40,869 bases of DNA from Octopus bimaculoides (Eukaryota), in assembly GCF_001194135.2 (NCBI RefSeq), contig NC_068992.1:1004928-1045796 (forward strand), in the 5' to 3' direction. This document shows positions 1-12,060 of this stretch, piece after piece. The position numbers and the translations under genes are program-made. The first letter of the stretch is position 1, and every line of letters starts with the position of its first letter. The notes beneath the pieces are model-generated. The model searched no databases and had not been told where the DNA came from. It saw only the letters and a list, made by a program, of their open reading frames with translations.

Positions 1-889
1 CTTAAATAAAAGAAATTTTATTTAACAAACTGTGACGCTAAAGACCGAGGTTACCGTGGTCTTTTCGTAGGTTTTTCTTTCCACGGATAACCTCCCCATT
101 TATTGGGAATTTTTTGTATTATTTCGTATTTTTTGTAAATACCCCAAACGTTTTGCGATGTTTTTTTTTCATCGTTGTCCCCACTTTTGTTTTTTTTCTG
201 CTTTGTTTTCGACCCCCTCGAAAAGAAAAACTCTACATTTGTATTTTGTCCCCTCTGTGTTGAGCCCTGTGTGGCTAATAAAGAAATCCATCCATCCATC
301 CAAATACATATTTGTGTGCGCGCATGTGCATGTAGAGACTTGCACACACAAAATAAAGAGAAGCGGAGTGGGATCTTTGATAGACATGTCAATACATAAT
401 ATAATATAATACAATATAACACACACACTCACACACATATTTATTTAATTATTTTTATAGAAATAGCACAATTTCATTTGTTGTAACTGTTGAGTGTCCC
501 ACACAGTCTTATATATGTGTTTGGATTAATGCGAGTTATATGATCAGAGTTTCGTTACTTCTTTAAAATAAACTTTCTAAATATGTTTGTTACACTTGTG
601 TTCAAATTAGTTGATCTGTAATTTGATATGCCCACTATTTTCCTGTATTCTCTACTTTGACATTTATATAAATATGATCTTGAAATATATTATAGCACAA
701 GAAGTTATTGTGATTGCATTAATTTTCGAATTACTAAATTCACTCTCTGTGTAAAAACGTTCATAATTTTGTTCCAAATTACCTGAAGTTGTTGGAAAGC
801 AAATCTTTGTCAGTATCTATAACATATTGTGCACGAAAAAAAAAAATAATCGCTTACATTAAAAGTTGCAAAAATTAAAACAGAATAGA

Positions 890-902
890 TGACACACACA
901 CA

Positions 903-946
<44 letters not shown>

Positions 947-972
947 CGGACGGACGGACGGACGGACGGACG
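890..972. repeat. Compound microsatellite (CA)n-(CACG)n-(GACG)n
   Basis: Directly visible; generates the spurious HARTHART/VRACVRAC ORFs. Confidence 0.95.
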
Positions 973-1084
973 AGCGTGTCTGTGTTTGTTTGTATATATA
1001 AATGCACATGCTTTCATATATCTCTATCTATTATATACAGAGACCCAGACACACGCACGTACACACACACACATTTGTCTCTTA

Positions 1085-1420
1085 CCTTTTATCTGTTTTA
1101 GTTGCTTCAATCATTGGGCTGCAGCCTTGGAGAATTTTTAGTTGAATGAATCGATTCCAGTAATTATTTTTGTAAAGCCTCATTCGTATTCTCTCGTGTA
1201 CGGTGATTTAAATACACAGAACATCGGTTATGAGGTGGTGGTTGTGGCTAAAACACAGGCAGAAAGAGACACCCACACATACATTTATGTCTACAAGTCT
1301 ACGAAACCCACTGACACGGCTTTGGTCGGTCCCAGGTTATAGTAAAAAACACCTGCCCCATGCAATAGGCTTGAACACGGAACCACGTAATTGGGAAGCA
1401 CATTTCTTACCAGACAGTGT
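1085..1420 (-). mobile_element. tRNA-derived SINE, family A, decayed copy
   Basis: Colinear with 2645-3021 (caaggctttggtcgg..ctatagta..acacctgcccca..ctgaac..ggaacca); the reverse complement starts with a degenerate tRNA-like head. Confidence 0.75.
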
Positions 1421-1459
1421 CCCCATAGTCTATACATATATACGTGTGTTTATATGTTT

Positions 1460-1468
1460 TACGTATAT

Positions 1469-1524
<56 letters not shown>

Positions 1525-1580
1525 CTGTGTGTGTGTGTGTGTGTGTTTACACATATGCGGGTGTACGTGTGCGTGCGTGT
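1460..1580. repeat. (TA)n/(TG)n microsatellite
   Basis: Directly visible. Confidence 0.95.
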
Positions 1581-2644
1581 GTACGTCTCTAAATATATAC
1601 GCATTGCCGGCAGGTACATTTCGGTAAAATACACACACAAAACGAACGCCAACATATTTGAGCAACATACAGAACAAAATAAAATATCATGGATCCGACA
1701 GTATTAGGTTTATAGTTGATTTGCCAGAAGATCTGTGGAACGTAGATGCAAAGCAATAAATTAGTTTTCAATGCAGTGCTCAGAAATATATAAAATGGTT
1801 AGCATGTCTTCTTTGACATGATATCCAGTATCAGGACACCGATTTAATAGCATATTAATGGTCTACGTGAGAAGCTAAACAGTATATTCAAAGTTGCAAA
1901 TTATACAAATAAAATTATCCGGAGAATAAACTCTTCCATGCATCTGCGGGAATATATCATAACATCATTAGCTAGCCGACATCAACTAGATTTTCCACAT
2001 GCATGGAATCTGGCATTTTAAAACAGTATATTAGTTCAGTTATCGCATTAACTATGTTTCCTGGAAAGATGTGTTCTAATGGTGAAGTACCTTTTGAAGA
2101 ACGAATCAGGCAAATTTAATGAACGAATTTAGAATAAAAGAATAATAAATAACCATAAAAAGAAAGAGAAATAAATTAAAAGGAAGGTTAAAAGAATAAA
2201 ATTCAAATACAATATATAATTTACGGCATATCACATTTGGATCTAGTGTGGAATAGACGTCTAATCTCGGCCGCGACTCAACTAATCAACGCAACCGCCA
2301 CTGGATTATCTGTGGAAAATATCGCAATAGCTGTCAAATTTCAAATATACACCACCATATAAAAAAGTGTATGTACGCTTTAGATATTTTAGTAATGGAT
2401 ACCCAATGCTGGAAAAAAAAAGAAAAAGAGAAATGACCTTGACTAGGAGGCCTTGTTTAGATTTTTTTTACGTGTAGCAAACATGTAACTAAGCAGAAGA
2501 AAATAAATACAGAGGTGTTGAGCAACATTCTCTCGCAATACCGTCTGTTTATAAGGGACGGCGCAACACTTCAATAACTGACTCCACATTATTAGCTGTA
2601 AACCATATATATTATATTATCAATTTCTAAATAACACCTTTTGC

Positions 2645-3021
2645 CTTTTATCTTTTAATCGTTTCAGCCATTAGACTGTGGCCATGCTGGTGCACCGCCT
2701 TGAAGAACTTTTAGTTGAATCTTTGGACCACAGTACTTTTCTTGCGATAGTTTCTGCTGAACCGCTAAGTTACCGTGACAGAAACATACCAGCATCGGTT
2801 GTCAAACGTTGATGGGGTAACAAACACAGGCATACACACAGATATCCATACATATATACGACGAGTTTCTTTCAATTTCCGTCAACGAAATCCACTCACA
2901 AAGCATGTATCTGCCCAAGGCTATAGAAGAAAACACTTGCCCAAGGTACCACTCAGTGGGACTGAATCAGGAACGATTTGGCTGGGAAGCAAGCTTCTTG
3001 CCACACAGCCATGTCTGCTCC
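2645..3021 (-). mobile_element. tRNA-derived SINE, family A, near full length
   Basis: Minus strand reads TGGCTGTGTGG (A-box-like) ... GATTCAGTCCC (B-box-like), then ccttgggcaagtg..ttgtgagtggattt..gacggaaattgaaagaaactcgtcg, an internal (TG/TA) tract and the tail ...ccagcatggccacagtctaatggctgaaacga. Confidence 0.85.
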
Positions 3022-3600
3022 TATAAAGAATTCCAAGGTTTCGGCGAGTGAAAATCACATACTTCGCCTTTTTTTATTGCTGTATAGCCAGTTTTTTTTT
3101 TCATAATTCAAAGTCCCACACAATTTTCAACACAAATTATATGTTAGTTCGTATGTAAAACCATTGTCTGCCTACATAGATGTAGCATCGAATTAGCCGA
3201 ATTAAATGGGCTTTGATTTCATCTTCATACTTCATATAATTACTTCTCATATTTTTACAAATATATATGAAGCAAAGTGATAATATATAGATATATTTTT
3301 TTAACTAAAGTCTCCTTTAGCTCCGCCTTCCCAAATAGTCATCTCATCCCTTTCATCTTAATAATAAAAGGCAATTTATAATTCCTCTTATCACACTTCA
3401 CAAAGGTCACCAATCCTTAACTTGTATCATAATAAGTATACTAATAAATCGTACGGTTTATATTTTACTTTCAAACATAACTTTTTAGATTATCAAAAAC
3501 ATCTCTTTATCAACTAAGTATTTTTTATTTTTGTACATTCATCACTTTTAATATTTATTTATCTTTTCCGGATTGTCTCAAATAGTGCTCTTTTGCTACG

Positions 3601-3775
3601 TACGAGTGGGGTGCTGAAAATTTCCTGGTTTACAAGATGTCGCGAAAGGCCTGGTTGGCGGCCAAACTTTCAAAATTTTTTTTTTTACGGGGCTTAGAAA
3701 AACTGAAGTATAGCTGCAATAAGTGTGTGAATTGAGTGTGGGAGGATAAAATCTTAATAAACGGACCCTCCTGTA
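3601..3775 (+). mobile_element. Internally deleted mariner-type element / MITE remnant
   Basis: Starts with TACGAG..GGGTGCTGAAAA.TTCCTGG (mariner-like TIR after TA). It contains FLRGLEKLKYSCNKCVN, resembling the mariner C-terminal GI.KL..RW.KC motif. Confidence 0.55.
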
Positions 3776-5619
3776 TTTTTATCTCCCCTTAATATTTAGT
3801 TTACACCTATAAGCTTCAATTTGTTCGCTGAACCTGCTAAATATAACAGTCAGAGCTCTTTCACATTACGTGTCGCAATCTTAAAAATAAAAGAACATAT
3901 CATTTAATGTATTTGTATCTATACACTTTAGTTATCGTTCTGATTATTTTTATGATAGGTTTTATGACTAGGAGGGGTTTAGAGCCAAGAATTAGATAAC
4001 AATAACGAACGTACATTAAATACTCATCGTTGGAACATGTTATTGTATGGCTACAATTATGCATGACAGCAGTGCTTACAACAATAACAACAGTCCATAT
4101 ATCACGAGCACCAGCTATAAAAGCAGTTTGCTTAATAATAGTCGTAGTGACACGTAAACCATGACCAATATGAATGACATAAGCAGTAAATGTCATCGCA
4201 AAGTTAATAAGAGATTAACAGAAATAGCATATACAACAAAAGCGTAAGTTCTTTATCTGAGGTGACGTAAATATTTAGAAATAAACTAAAATAGAATGGT
4301 TTGGTAATTAATGATGATATATTTATCTATCTAAATATAAACAGCCGTCTCAAAATATATACACCTAAATTTAAGTGCAAATATATATCAGACGAATCCA
4401 AATACGTTTGCTCATGCACGAATCAATCCTAACCTGAGAATGTGCAGTTATAAAAGGTATATCGCAAATTAGAATAAATATATAAATAATAAAGTGACAG
4501 ATGGAAATATATCAGCTCATTGTAGCAGATTTCTCCCTTACAGTCCAACAAAACGTGAAGGATATTTGATTAGATTTTGAGTAGTTGGTGTGGTTAAAAT
4601 CCTTATTAAAACGGATGTGGCAAGGTATATACTATTTGGAAAGGGATGCTATTGGTTCTTGCTGGCAATGACAATTTATTATTTTAAATGTGACCATAGA
4701 AAATGTGATGATAAGTAAAGATTAATGTCTCGTGTGTAGGAATTTCGTATGTAAAGATGTTTATGTTGCTGGAAGAAGATAACTGAAGAACAACCATATC
4801 AATAAATGTAAACGCAATAATCGCAATAAATCATCATATATCGACGTAGGAATATTGGCACTATGCTGTTGGCTCTTGAGGGCTCCTCACTTCAACTGAG
4901 ATTATAGAAAATGCGGACTACAGGAAGTTATTGGAAAAGTCCCAATTAAATTAAATTATGAAATATTTAGAAGGACAATCTATCCAAATATTTTATATCT
5001 CAAACTTCCGGCATAGTATAATAACAAACGAATCAAAATTTGAAATTAGATACACGACACTGAAGAAAACGTGTTCCGTATCCGTTTGCGGTAGAAATGA
5101 TTGAATAATAGTCAGGACGGTCAGGAACTTTGCTGTAAATATTTAATTTTAATATTATATCACAATTGCTGAATGTGATACGATATTCATGGCGAGAGGT
5201 TTATTAAAAGGCCAATGTTTTACTCACAGTATTTCTCTTTCATACATTAATAAAGAGAAATATTTGAAAACGACTCGTTCAAAGAGAGGAGTTTATTTTC
5301 TAAATCTTCGTAGTCAAATGTATACATACATTACGTGTACACACACACCACACCACACGCACACACACACACACACACACACGCACACACACACACATTA
5401 CGGTAGTTATGCCTTTTAGTTGTAACAGATTATAACAGTTTTAAACCATCGAGCACTAATTTCATATATATATATATCCCTTCTATAACACATAGTGAAA
5501 AATAAAGTAGCATGGATTTAATTCTATCAAAGCTCATTAACTTATAAATTCTGGCAGACCATCAATTCCTTGAACTTTGTATTCTCTCCAGAAACAATGA
5601 AGTAAAGCTTCAAGAAATC

Positions 5620-6500
5620 CATCGCTTTTAAGCAAGTATTAGTATCTTGTGGTTAGCTCCACGAAACTTTCTTCAAAAGTGTGGACTTTCATTGTCTGTT
5701 GCCACTGCGACAGAAGTAAGATGTTAAATCTTTTAAGAGATTTTCTTAATGACGATGGCAATTATGCTAAGAGCATGACCAGCATAAAGAATGATTAAAT
5801 GCCAGCTGCATCATATAATAAAACAAGCAAAAAAATAAAACAAAACCTCACTTGTCAAGAATTTTTGCAACCCATTTTTGATGTCTGGCTGAAAAAAAAA
5901 ATATCGCTTCCGAATAGAATAATATTCTTGAAACTGTTTCATTCACTCGAGGTAGAAGTGACAGCATTGTAAACTCTAAAACCCATTCCGTTTTCGATGG
6001 CTATAGTACTTAACAATGCTTATACTGCATTATGCGTCAAATCAAAGACTCTCACAACGAAAGCCAAAAGTTGCGTAACTAGAATGTCTGCACTTTCATC
6101 AATTAAATGACTTATATATATCTTTTATCACTACTTTTTCAAGAAAGATTATTCCACTTTGAATAGCATGTGCAGGTTCGTTGTTCTGTTTGACAATTTT
6201 TAAAGAAATATCTCTGTCCGGAAGTCTTCATCAGAAAATACGCCGTTTGCAAAAGAATGCTCTTTTCAACAAAATAATCAATAATAAGCAACAGTTCAAT
6301 TCTGGCAGTTGGTTCTCCATCCGTACAATTTCTTCTTTACTATGAGGTTTGAAACGTCACCACTAGATTTATCCTCACAAAGACCTCTTTTATGTTTGAA
6401 AAAAGATCTGTTTCATCAACATACTCGTATTTGCATTTCCCAGAGTAAAGTTACAGCATTTTCAATGGTATCGTCAATCATTCTTTTATTCAAAATTATT
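5620..6500 (-). mobile_element. Decayed hAT-superfamily transposase relic
   Basis: Minus strand about 6100-6041 translates DESADILVTQLLAFVVRVFD (the hAT DE(S/T)xD..Q.L...RY catalytic block), followed at about 5930 by NIILFGSD; many stops and frameshifts. Confidence 0.65.
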
Positions 6501-6772
6501 TTGTGACTTCAGTGAAATTCTATTTTGTTATCATAGATAATGTTAACATGTTTCAGTATTAGTTATTTGCGAGCAGACAATAAATTCCAGAAGTATGAAC
6601 GTGGTTTATATAGGAAATTGTAACATATAAAGATCTATAGTTAATAGTTGTTACAATCAGATTGGAAATTTAGATTTCTCTGCTGTTATAAATTATCTAT
6701 TTTCCTAATTAACACAATACTAACACTGGATACTCTTTTCTACCCCCATCGGTGATCTATTGTGCACTTACT

Positions 6773-7282
6773 GTTTCTTGTGCACTTAATATCCGGTGAT
6801 CTCCTGCACCTGGTTGCAAATCCTTGTTGTCAGAACAATTTTGTAGGGATATCCAGACAATCTATTGTTGGGATATCCAGACAATCAATAGCATGAACTA
6901 AAAGTCGGAGTGGGACGGGATAAACTATCTGCACCAACTTGCTATAAAAGCAGGTAGTAATCTTACCATGTCCTTATTCTTAGTTCACGTTTTGAAAAAG
7001 TGCAGTTCGATTTTAAGTTATTTAAAAAAAAATATGCTTCTTTGTTACTTCCATTATAACTTCACAAAATAACTGTTAAACTCGAATTGCACTCTTCGAA
7101 ACTTGCACTAAAAACGACGACAAGGTAAAATTACTACTTGCTTTTATGGGAAGTTGATGCAGGTCGTTTATCCCGTCCACAACCGACTCTTAGTTGATGC
7201 AATTGATTGTCTGGATATCCCTACAAAAGAAGAATTTCCTGCCAGGTGTAGGAGACAGCCGGATATTAAATGCACAAGAAAC
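6773..7282. repeat. Long imperfect inverted repeat (foldback), two ~240-bp arms with a short spacer
   Basis: Left arm ttcttgtgcacttaatatccgg..ttgtagggatatccagacaatc..gcatgaactaaaagtcggagtgggacgggataaac matches the reverse complement of the right arm gtttatcccgtccacaaccgactcttagttgatgc..gattgtctggatatccctacaa..ccggatattaaatgcacaagaa. Confidence 0.9.
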
Positions 7283-7882
7283 CACCATGAAGCCTACCGA
7301 GACAGTGTAGTATTCTCTCATGTAGTACTCTAGTAGTCGTAGTCACTTTGGAATCATCTAGAAAGCCACTGGTAATTAAGTTCCGCAGCATATCGAGTAG
7401 AGTAAGCCCTGCGCACTTGTTCTTGGAGATAGTTACCGTAACATGGGAGTTAGCGAAGAAACTTGAGGAGAGTCTTTTGGGAGAAGAGATTGTGTACTGG
7501 TACGGAATACCCACAAACTAAATTGCTTATTGCTCTACAGTATCAGAGCTAGAAGCCACAGGAATCCAAGTGTTTAGTCAGACGAGCATTGAGCTAATGT
7601 TGCCTCCTCCACGCTGCATAATTATATTGGATTGACATTTTTAGAATTATCATATTAAATATGTTAACATTAATTACAAATTGCTTTGATGCAAGTGCAT
7701 ATTACTGAAAACTAGATATTCATAGTTAATTTGCAGGTGTTAATGATAGTCGTTGGATGGTAATGGATCCTTATGAAAGTGGAAACAAGAAAGATGGTGT
7801 GTGAATGTGTGTGTGTGTGTGTGTCTATTTGTGTGTCAGAGAGAGAGAGAGATAGAGAGAGAGAGCGTGTGCTTGTGATATA

Positions 7883-8540
7883 TATTGGGTCATCCCATAA
7901 ATAATGCCTTTTTTATACTTTTAGTTTTCAAAATTAAAATAAAGTTCTTTTTTAAATCTAAAATATACTCTCTTTCATATTCTACAATGGTCTTCCATCT
8001 ATCTGGTAGATTTGCAAGGCACCTTTTCCAAAATTCACTTCTCTGTGACGAAAAATACTCCTCCGATACTCTTCTGACCATGTCTACAGATTTTATATTT
8101 TTTTCCGTTCAAATGATTTTGAAGACTGCAGAATAAATGATAATCAGAAGGAGTAATGTCCGGTGAATATGGTTGTTTGGGCATCATTTTCCCATTCAAA
8201 ATGTTCCAGCCTATGGAATGTCATCCTCGCTGTACGTAGCCGAGCATTATCCTGTTGGAAGAACACCTTTTATCTTGAAACTGAACGTTCATTTTCTGAT
8301 GGCACGCAGGCGTCGATGAATGGTTGAATGACCAAATCCAGGCTTCTCTGCAAGTTCCTCAACAGGTACGATGGGATTTTTTTCACTAGGGTTTGCAGGA
8401 CGCCCCATCGTGTTATACAGATCTTTCAGGATGAGGCACGCCTACTAGGCTGTTGTTTCCGGCTCGGAATTTCTGGAACCACCATTGACACTGACTTACT
8501 CTTATTGTCCGAACCCTATATACTGTATTAATATTTCCTG
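7883..8540 (-). mobile_element. Mariner (DD34D-type) transposon, internally deleted and decayed
   Basis: Minus strand encodes KVFFQQDNARL...(frameshift)PYSPDITPSDYHLFCSLQNHLNG and ...FWKRCLANLPDRWKTIVEYEREY. An N-terminal HTH-like piece lies at about 8300-8470, with a TA-TTGGGTCATCCCATAAATAATGC terminus at 7883. Confidence 0.9.
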
Positions 8541-8592
8541 TACTTGCTGCCTTTATTGAACTCATAAACCAAAATATGTCAAAGATGATCAT

Positions 8593-8748
8593 TTGTTACT
8601 TCTATTATGACTTTAAAAAAATAACTATTAAAATCGAACTGCACTCTTCAAAATTGCACTAAAAATAACTAAAAATTACTACCTGTTTTTTAGTAAGTTG
8701 ATGCAGGTAATTTATCCCCTCCCCCTCCGACTCTTACTTCATGCTATT
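8593..8748 (+). repeat. Third copy of the dispersed repeat that forms the 6773-7282 foldback
   Basis: tttgttacttctattat..aaatcgaactgcactcttc..aagttgatgcaggt..ccgactctta matches 7041-7205 in the same orientation. Confidence 0.85.
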
Positions 8749-8890
8749 GAAAAAAACCGCATTATTTCTGGGATGAGCGACGAAACGTCAAAGACTTTCC
8801 GTATTCCCGAGCGTCATACTAATATATCCTTTTGTTATTTACACCACCTGTCCTCGTCTGTTGTTATTATTTGTATATTCTCCCATATAT
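8749..8890 (+). mobile_element. Penelope-like retroelement terminal fragment
   Basis: cgaaacgtcaaagactttcc..acaccacctgtcctcgtc..ttctccc running into (TA)n/(GA)n; the architecture is recalled from Penelope-like terminal repeats and is not verified by search. Confidence 0.45.
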
Positions 8891-8921
8891 ATATATATGC
8901 ATAGATACAGAGAGAGAGAGC

Positions 8922-8961
<40 letters not shown>

Positions 8962-9602
8962 GAGAGAGTAGTTATTACGAGGCAAGTGAAGGTTAAGGTT
9001 TACAATGTGATTTAGTTCGAAGCTATATTCTAGCATTGGTTTAAATTGGAATAACATAAAATATAAACAGAAATTAGAATTACCACTACAAACCCGCTAT
9101 GCCTATTTAAATAAAAAAAAAATTAATATATTAGCATTAGATCCTGTTTCAACTGGTGTAAGATTAAGCAGACATAATCAACCGAAAGTTGTGGAGATAA
9201 TTTGTTTCCATTAAAAGTACTGTTTGAAACCAAGATAAAATTCAACGCGCGAATGCGGTAATTTTGGACTGAGGTAAATTACAGTGAAGAATAAATTTAA
9301 CTAAGATGAAACTCGGTATATTTAAAGTAAAAAGCACATTTTGAATGAGATTTAACAAAAAATTATAAAACAACAATGTGTATTTTATCCTGGAAACTGA
9401 AATAGAGGAATAATTACGAAAGAGTGAAAGTTCAACATGGGTTGCGTCTGATGCAAGAATATGCAAGAAACGTGAATGAAGTTGCTGCAGAAATCCTTTT
9501 ATAGCACGTATAACGCTAGAAATTTATAATCAGTCTCCCACTCCAACGACTGTCTTTTATTTACACACACGCTTCGTCCTAAACTACGAACAAAACAACA
9601 TC

Positions 9603-9603
9603 G

Positions 9604-9652
<49 letters not shown>

Positions 9653-9672
9653 TTACGACGACGACGACGACA
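9603..9672. repeat. (CTA)n-(CGA)n microsatellite
   Basis: Directly visible. Confidence 0.95.
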
Positions 9673-11759
9673 TTAATTTGTTTTTGTCCTGTTGTATAAA
9701 AATATAGCCACATACAAAGATACATACAAACACCCGCGCATGTGCAAGTGTGTGTAAGTGTGTGTGTACATACGGAAAAAAGTCATTAGAAAGGTTGTTA
9801 TTTCCACACAACAATGATCGTAGAAATGAGCTTAGGTTAAAGATTCGATTAACAAACTACAAAAGACAAACATATTTCCGAAATGATTTAATTTTATTTT
9901 TCCTTCATACAAATTTTATAATCCTTCTTAAATGAGTTCCAAAAAGCAGACATTTTGCACATCTTCACAATATCTCAATACTGACAAGAATTTCTTCCAT
10001 TCATGATTTGTGAAGTGCAAGCATTAATAATATGAATGAGACAGAAAAAATAGCCATTAAAATAGCATCAAATAAATAATTACATAAATGAACGAAGAAT
10101 TGATCACATAAAAAATATTCCGAAATGTAAATTACATTTATCAATAAAGGCCTCAACTCTACGTGACAAGCATTAACTATTAGCTGAGTGAGCTTTAGAC
10201 AGGATGAAGTGTGATGGAAGTAATCTCCATTCTCTCATCACAAGTGTCTTACTAAAGCTAATATAAAATAATCTTTACAACACTGTCATATTTAAATGAA
10301 AAGAAAAGAAAGAAAATAAAGATCTAAATCACTTAAGTATTTCATTTGCAATTTCTATATTTCCTATATCATAGGCAACCCATGTAATTTAGTAATCGAT
10401 TAGATGCTTCACTGAGTGTCCTAAAAATTAGCCGTTTGTATTATAATAAAAGAGGTTTGCTTTAAGCATAAGTGCATGTGGATGTATATGCGCGAGTTCG
10501 TACAAACAACATTTTTATATGCTTTCATTTTACTTTTTAAGAGAAGATATTCACATCAATCACATAATAGAATTTGAAAGTTATGCTAATAAGCGTTAGC
10601 AGATATTGTTGATATTGTTTCATGATTTAGTATTATGCAGTAATTCTTTTCTTTGTTTAGATTAAGTTAATAGATGCCGCTTTATTCCGCACTTGGTACG
10701 TTGTTCACAATTTATCCAAAGAAAACGTATATTTTTTGTTACAACTAGTGAGTGAAAAGAAGGAAATTCTTAGATTAATTTCCATTAACTGTCATGGAAG
10801 CAGGTCCCTGTAAATATAGTAAAATGAAAGATATTATCAAGGTATTAAAATGTTCGATCGACACTAAAGTCATGGCAAACCTGTCACATATCAAAGCAAA
10901 CAGTGGAATGAACATTGTATTCTGGTGTCATTTGATTTCACAATCTATAAGAGATGAATAAATATGTTTTATCTTTCAACACCTACGTAGCAACGCTGAG
11001 TTCTCGTCTAACATAGACTTAGGTATTACTTCACTCACACATACATACACACATACACACACACATGCACATTCATGATCGCACATACATATATTCATTA
11101 TATATGTTTATGCGTATGTGGTCATGGATGTGTGTATGAATCTTCTCACACATACACGCATGCGCATATAATGAAAGAAAGGAAACTGTAATCACAAATG
11201 ATGCTTAGACTTGCATTTCTCAAACTTCCTTTGATGCAGATAGCGTCGACATTTCTTGAGGTACGAAGTCAGACACTGATGCCGCACATCAGCAGCTGGA
11301 GTCACTCAACTGCGCTGTTGAATATTCAGGCATTATGGAGTTTAGGCAAAGCCTTATTAAATATTTATAAATCTACAAAAATATGCTGAGTGTTGGTTTA
11401 TTTTGTTTGTTCACATAAATGCACACACATATGTGCAATTTCCTGTTCACACGGATAGGCGTGTGTGCGCGTACGTGCGCGAGTGTACATGCGTGCATGC
11501 GTTTGTGTGTGCACGTACATATGTTTGTACGTAGAAGATGAACTAGAGGTACAGGTGTCCATGGATTGACACCTGTACCTCTCCAATAGTATGGAGAGTA
11601 TATTTAATATAATGTACATGTGTGGATACCTCAAGTACCATTCGGCCGGTAGTTAATTACCAAGTTTGATATTTACATAATATTGTTCCGTGTGTATATT
11701 ATTTCACCCTAACGAGGTGCCTCAATTTGTGTGCCTTATCTAACTGAATCTTAGTTACA

Positions 11760-11790
<31 letters not shown>

Positions 11791-11884
11791 CATACATACG
11801 TATATATGTATATGTGTGTGTGTGTATATGCTTATGTATGTGTATGTGCATGCGTGTGCGTGCGTGCGTACGTGTGTGAGTGTG

Positions 11885-12060
11885 TTGGTGTGTTTACAAC
11901 CTCATAACTTAGCGGCTCAGGAAAACAGCGGATAGAAGAAGTACCAAGCTTAAAAAATATTTGTCCTGGGAGTGGGGTGGGGTGGGGTATCAATTCATTC
12001 ATCCAATGACGTACCCCGACATGGTCGCAGTCTAATGACTAAAGCAACAGGAATTTAAAT
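11885..12060 (+). mobile_element. SINE family A 3-prime fragment
   Basis: aacttagcggctca..gatagaagaagtacc..gtcctggg..catggtcgcagtctaatgactaaagcaa is the reverse complement of the tails at 2645-2780 and 1085-1200. Confidence 0.65.

Noticed and set aside
889-1771. ORFs rich in HT/YI/CV/RA dipeptides here and at 14375-14914, 22124-22772, 25214-25863, 28549-29274, 29743-30365 and 36161-36435
   Set aside because: They are translations of microsatellites and N-gaps, not proteins.
2240-2310. Possible additional tRNA-like SINE head on the minus strand
   Set aside because: The A/B boxes are too degenerate and no body matches the other SINE copies.
3900-4196. 98-aa hydrophobic minus-strand ORF and a signal-peptide-like + strand MYLYLYTLVIVLIIF
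   Set aside because: No recognisable motif; it overlaps a decayed AAC/AGC/AGT triplet-like tract, and the + strand frame stops after 30 codons.
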